Shown here in pieces: positions 61,464-64,000 of a DNA stretch of 64,000 nt. The stretch lies in the NCBI GenBank assembly GCA_964106645.2, contig OZ067043.1. One strand, written 5' to 3'. The stretch is from Podarcis pityusensis. Lineage: Eukaryota. The position numbers and the translations under genes are program-made. The first letter of the stretch is position 1. Each line of letters opens with the position of its first letter. The notes beneath the pieces are model-generated. The model did not search any database, had not been told where the DNA came from, and worked only from the letters and a program-made list of their open reading frames with translations.

Positions 61464-62112
61464 TCTGAAGTGGCTATAAAGTACAAAATAATAACTCAGA
61501 AGAGGCAATTTTGATGGCTGAGAATAAAACATACAAGCAAGCTCCCATTTACATGCAGGTTACATTCCAAGGCACCACACGTTTAAGTGAAGTTTTATAT
61601 AATTAATATACATATGTACATATACATATAAATGTGTGTGCATGAGAGAGACAGAGACTGGGTGCAACTGAACAAATTCAGAATTTCAAAAAAAGTAAAA
61701 GGCTCCTACAATTCAAGGAGAGGAGGCAGGGCAACAGCCAGGATGAGAGTGAAGGCCTATGGTCAGGCCCAACGGCAGAAAAGCTTGCCTCTCTCTCAAA
61801 AGAATTACAAGGTTTTCTGAAATAAAATCCACAAAAGCTGTGTTCAAAGGCAACAAAGGACATCAGATGACAGATAGTGGTGTGAACAGTGCTTCCTTCA
61901 AAGCAGACCTGATACACTCTTAGGAATCTTTCTACTAACCTTGGAAATGTCGACCAGTTTGCCACTTTTTGCCCGCTCGATCTTTGGCTCCAAGCTCTTG
62001 GCTGTTCTTAGGAATGCCTTGGCTTGCTCCAGATCATTTCTCTTCTTTGCCTGGACTGCAGCCTTTAAGTACTGTTTCCTTCTACTCTCCAGGAATTCAA
62101 GGTGCTCTAAAG
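51282..62112 (-). CDS. CC2D1B: Coiled-coil and C2 domain-containing protein 1B (Lgd/Freud-2 homologue), 3' part; 5' exons lie beyond the window
   Basis: complement(join(51282..51401,53079..53169,55544..55643,56458..56509,58041..58099,58374..58447,59031..59147,59736..59794,60196..60321,61940..62112)), phases consistent. DM14 repeat followed by C2 domain. Tail-to-tail with ZFYVE9 as in mammals. Confidence 0.95.
53079..53169 (-). CDS. CC2D1B: CC2D1B exon (C2 domain)
   Basis: SFFRSDKQVGTAHLKLDKLEFECEIREIIE. Confidence 0.93.
53654..53689. repeat. (CAG)12 microsatellite, intronic
   Basis: Direct reading. Confidence 0.95.
55544..55643 (-). CDS. CC2D1B: CC2D1B exon (C2 domain)
   Basis: YDQLFKLNINRNHRGFRRAIQAKGIKFEIFHK. 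Confidence 0.93.
56458..56509 (-). CDS. CC2D1B: CC2D1B exon (C2 domain)
   Basis: EQAQKSKTSVIKNTNCP. Confidence 0.9.
57393..57595 (+). mobile_element. Squam3-type tRNA-derived SINE
   Basis: GACCTGGGAGACCAGGGTTAGAATTCCCACTCAGCCACGAAGCTCACTGAATGACCTTGGGCCAGTCAC...GGGTTGTTGT. Confidence 0.8.
58041..58099 (-). CDS. CC2D1B: CC2D1B exon (C2 domain)
   Basis: VAPNDLDAFVKFEFHYPNT. Confidence 0.92.
58374..58447 (-). CDS. CC2D1B: CC2D1B exon (start of C2 domain)
   Basis: IFSELSSTEMHLIIVRGINLPAPP. Confidence 0.92.
59031..59147 (-). CDS. CC2D1B: CC2D1B exon
   Basis: FEKLAQICKKDLDILQLAQAQGLDPPSHHFEERTFKIV. Confidence 0.93.
59736..59794 (-). CDS. CC2D1B: CC2D1B exon
   Basis: KCLQYSKQFTHLGNVSETS. Confidence 0.9.
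60196..60321 (-). CDS. CC2D1B: CC2D1B exon
   Basis: LPSPPTDDEGDFIIIHHEDVRLSQKAEEVYVQLIKLMRDQHE. Confidence 0.93.
60921..61164. mobile_element. 186-bp hAT MITE copy 2 (60921-61106) plus co-mobilised flank (61107-61164)
   Basis: Reverse complement of 9515-9757 with 5 substitutions. Flanked by CATTACAT / CACTACAT. Confidence 0.9.
61426..61462. repeat. (ATT)n microsatellite
   Basis: Direct reading. Confidence 0.9.
61940..62112 (-). CDS. CC2D1B: CC2D1B exon (DM14 repeat)
   Basis: LEHLEFLESRRKQYLKAAVQAKKRNDLEQAKAFLRTAKSLEPKIERAKSGKLVDISK. Confidence 0.93.
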
Positions 62113-62188
62113 CTGCAAAGAAGCAAAACAACTGGGGTGTTGTCATAGTTGTGGTTTTTTTTTAAAAAAAAAACCACACTTTTCAGAT

Positions 62189-62518
62189 TTGGAGATATTG
62201 CAGGCTCGGTTCCAGACCACTGCAATAAAGTGAATATTGCAATAAACCGAGCCACGTAAACATTTTGGTTCCCCACTGCATATAAAAATTATGCTTGCAC
62301 TATATATAGTCTATTAAGCCAGGTTCCCCCGCTGGCTGCAGGGGCGGTAGGGGAAAAACCCACCTCCAACCCTAGCCAGCTCCACTCCTGTGGCCAGAAG
62401 CGGGAGGGGGCGACAGCAGCAGGGCTTTCTTCCCCAGAAGCAGCCAGGCTGCCTGCAGCTGCACCCGCGTCCTCGCAATGAGCAATATGTGAGAAGCGCA
62501 ATAAAACAAAGTGTGCCT
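62189..62518 (-). mobile_element. Tigger1-like non-autonomous element with a GC-rich core
   Basis: GGAGATATTGCAGGCTCGGTTCCAGACCACTGCAATAAAG...TAGTCTATTAAG and GAAGCGCAATAAAACAAAGTGTGCCTG resemble the two Tigger1 ends as I recall them. Confidence 0.7.
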
Positions 62519-62534
62519 GTGCTATTGGAGGAGA

Positions 62535-62960
62535 GAATTTATTTATAAATTTATAAAATTTATAAACCGCTTGATTGTTAAAAAACACACACTCCCTCAA
62601 AGCAGTTTACAATGAGGATAAACAATAAAATTACCAGTAAAAACAACTAATTTAAACGTTAAAGGAATAAATTCAGCAGTAAACCCAAAAGATATTAAAA
62701 CATACATTCACATTCTACACATCTGGGTTGGCTCATCTAAACAAAAATGTTTTTAACAGGCGTCATAAAAGCTACAGCGAAGCTGCCTGCCTGATGTCAA
62801 TAGGCTAAGACCCTATCAGATTCATATCTTACAAATGTGAAATGGGCAACAGTTGTTGCTTGTAACATTGCCAGTTCTGCAGACTGAAGTTGAGTGGGCA
62901 ATATAGGGGGGTCAAGCGATCTTGCAGGTAAACTGGTCCCAAGTTATTAAGGGCTTGATG
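62535..62960 (-). mobile_element. L2 LINE 3' fragment
   Basis: TTTATAAACCGCTTG...CTCAAAGCAGTTTACA tail and body remnants, interrupted by the adjacent MITE. Confidence 0.55.
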
Positions 62961-62962
62961 TA

Positions 62963-63317
62963 CAGTGGTGCCTCACAAGACGAAATTAATTCATTCCGCG
63001 AGTTTTGTCGTCTTGTGATTTTTTTCGTCTTGCGAAGCACGGTGTCGGGAAAGTTTTGGAAAAGCTTCAAAAATCACCAAAGTCTTTAAAAACCTCAAAA
63101 AAGGCTACCACACCGCGTTCTATGAGTTGCTCCTCGAAGTCAAGTCGCAACTGTATTAACGGTGTTAAGAAAAAGGAAACAAACTTGCAAGACGTTTCCG
63201 TCTTGCGAAGCAAGCCCATAGGGAAAATTGTCTTGCGAAGCAGCTCAAAAAACAAAAAACCCTTTCGTCTAGCGAGTTTTTTGTCTTGCGAGGCATTCGT
63301 CTTGCGAGGTACCAGTG
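62963..63317. mobile_element. Tc1/mariner-pogo MITE, same family as 8595-8888, inverted
   Basis: TA|CAGTGGTGCCTCACAAGACGAA ... TTCGTCTTGCGAGGTACCAGTG|TA. Confidence 0.88.
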
Positions 63318-64000
63318 TACTAATAGTAACACCTATAGAAAGCTATTTCCTGCTTAGCTGTATTCCCACTCTGCACACAAGGCTGTATGAGAGAAACAGA
63401 AGGTTTTCTCATCCCAGGGACACACAGAATAGGCAGTAATGGTGCAGAAAGAAATGTGTGGCAGTGGCTCCTATTTATTTCCGCCCTCACACCGTAGCAT
63501 CTCCTGTGTGCAATCTGCCCAGTCATCCACAGCCACATCCATTAGATAAAGCCTTGCTTGCCAGGCTTTGACTCAGATGGAATACTTAAACTGTGTGTGG
63601 GAGCTCAACATTTGCAAGGAGTGGGGGAGGACATGAAAAAAGAGGGGCAGAAAGGACACTTCTCAGGGAGGCAAGAACTTTCACTAAGCCTGCCAGGTAT
63701 CTTTATGATGTCCTTTCCAGAGAGCACACACTAGCTCTTCCAAGCTCCTTAAAGTAAGAGAAAAAAACAGACCTAGCCAAGAGGTAGTCCTGTTTTCTCA
63801 AATGCAAGCTTGCCATCTGCATCCAAGCTGTGCAAATGTGTGGCATATCTCCACGGAACACTGTCAAGCATGTGTCATTGAACTGCTTAGGAGGAAGACA
63901 AAACACTGACTAGCTTGAACCAGTGCAAGTAGCAGTGTCCTGGTAGTTATCTTGATTACAGCAGGGGGTCTGTCTGTTATGTGCACATTTAAGTGGATAA

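Noticed and set aside
63320-64000. Further upstream CC2D1B exon
   Set aside because: I found no segment with both splice signals and a CC2D1-like translation. The next exon is probably outside the window.

Overview
Vertebrate genomic DNA, very likely from a lacertid lizard (Sauria/Squam1, POM/Squam2-type and Squam3-type SINEs). The window holds the complete ZFYVE9 (SARA) gene on the + strand: a CpG-island promoter (~1.93-3.15 kb), two 5' leader exons, and 17 coding exons (ATG 16767 to TAA 47803; 4251 nt, 1416 aa; FYVE finger, Smad-binding domain, RVxF PP1 motif, C-terminal domain). The 3' part of CC2D1B (DM14 repeat plus C2 domain; 10 coding exons and a probable non-coding last exon) converges on it from the - strand. 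Introns carry L1/L2 fragments, SINEs, and hAT and Tc1/pogo MITEs. Most notable observations: (1) a spliced 45-codon upstream ORF across leader exons 1-2; (2) a stop-free, RT-only L1 insertion with an 11-bp target-site duplication abutting the promoter; (3) a hAT MITE present twice, 51 kb apart, together with 57 bp of flanking DNA, apparently moved using a cryptic end; (4) a perfect 33-bp-stem hairpin in intron 8; (5) a Tigger1-like MITE suggesting horizontal transfer; (6) an interlocked bidirectional poly(A) signal between the two genes. Exons were read by hand from splice signals and frame continuity. Family names come from recalled consensus sequences, not database searches.
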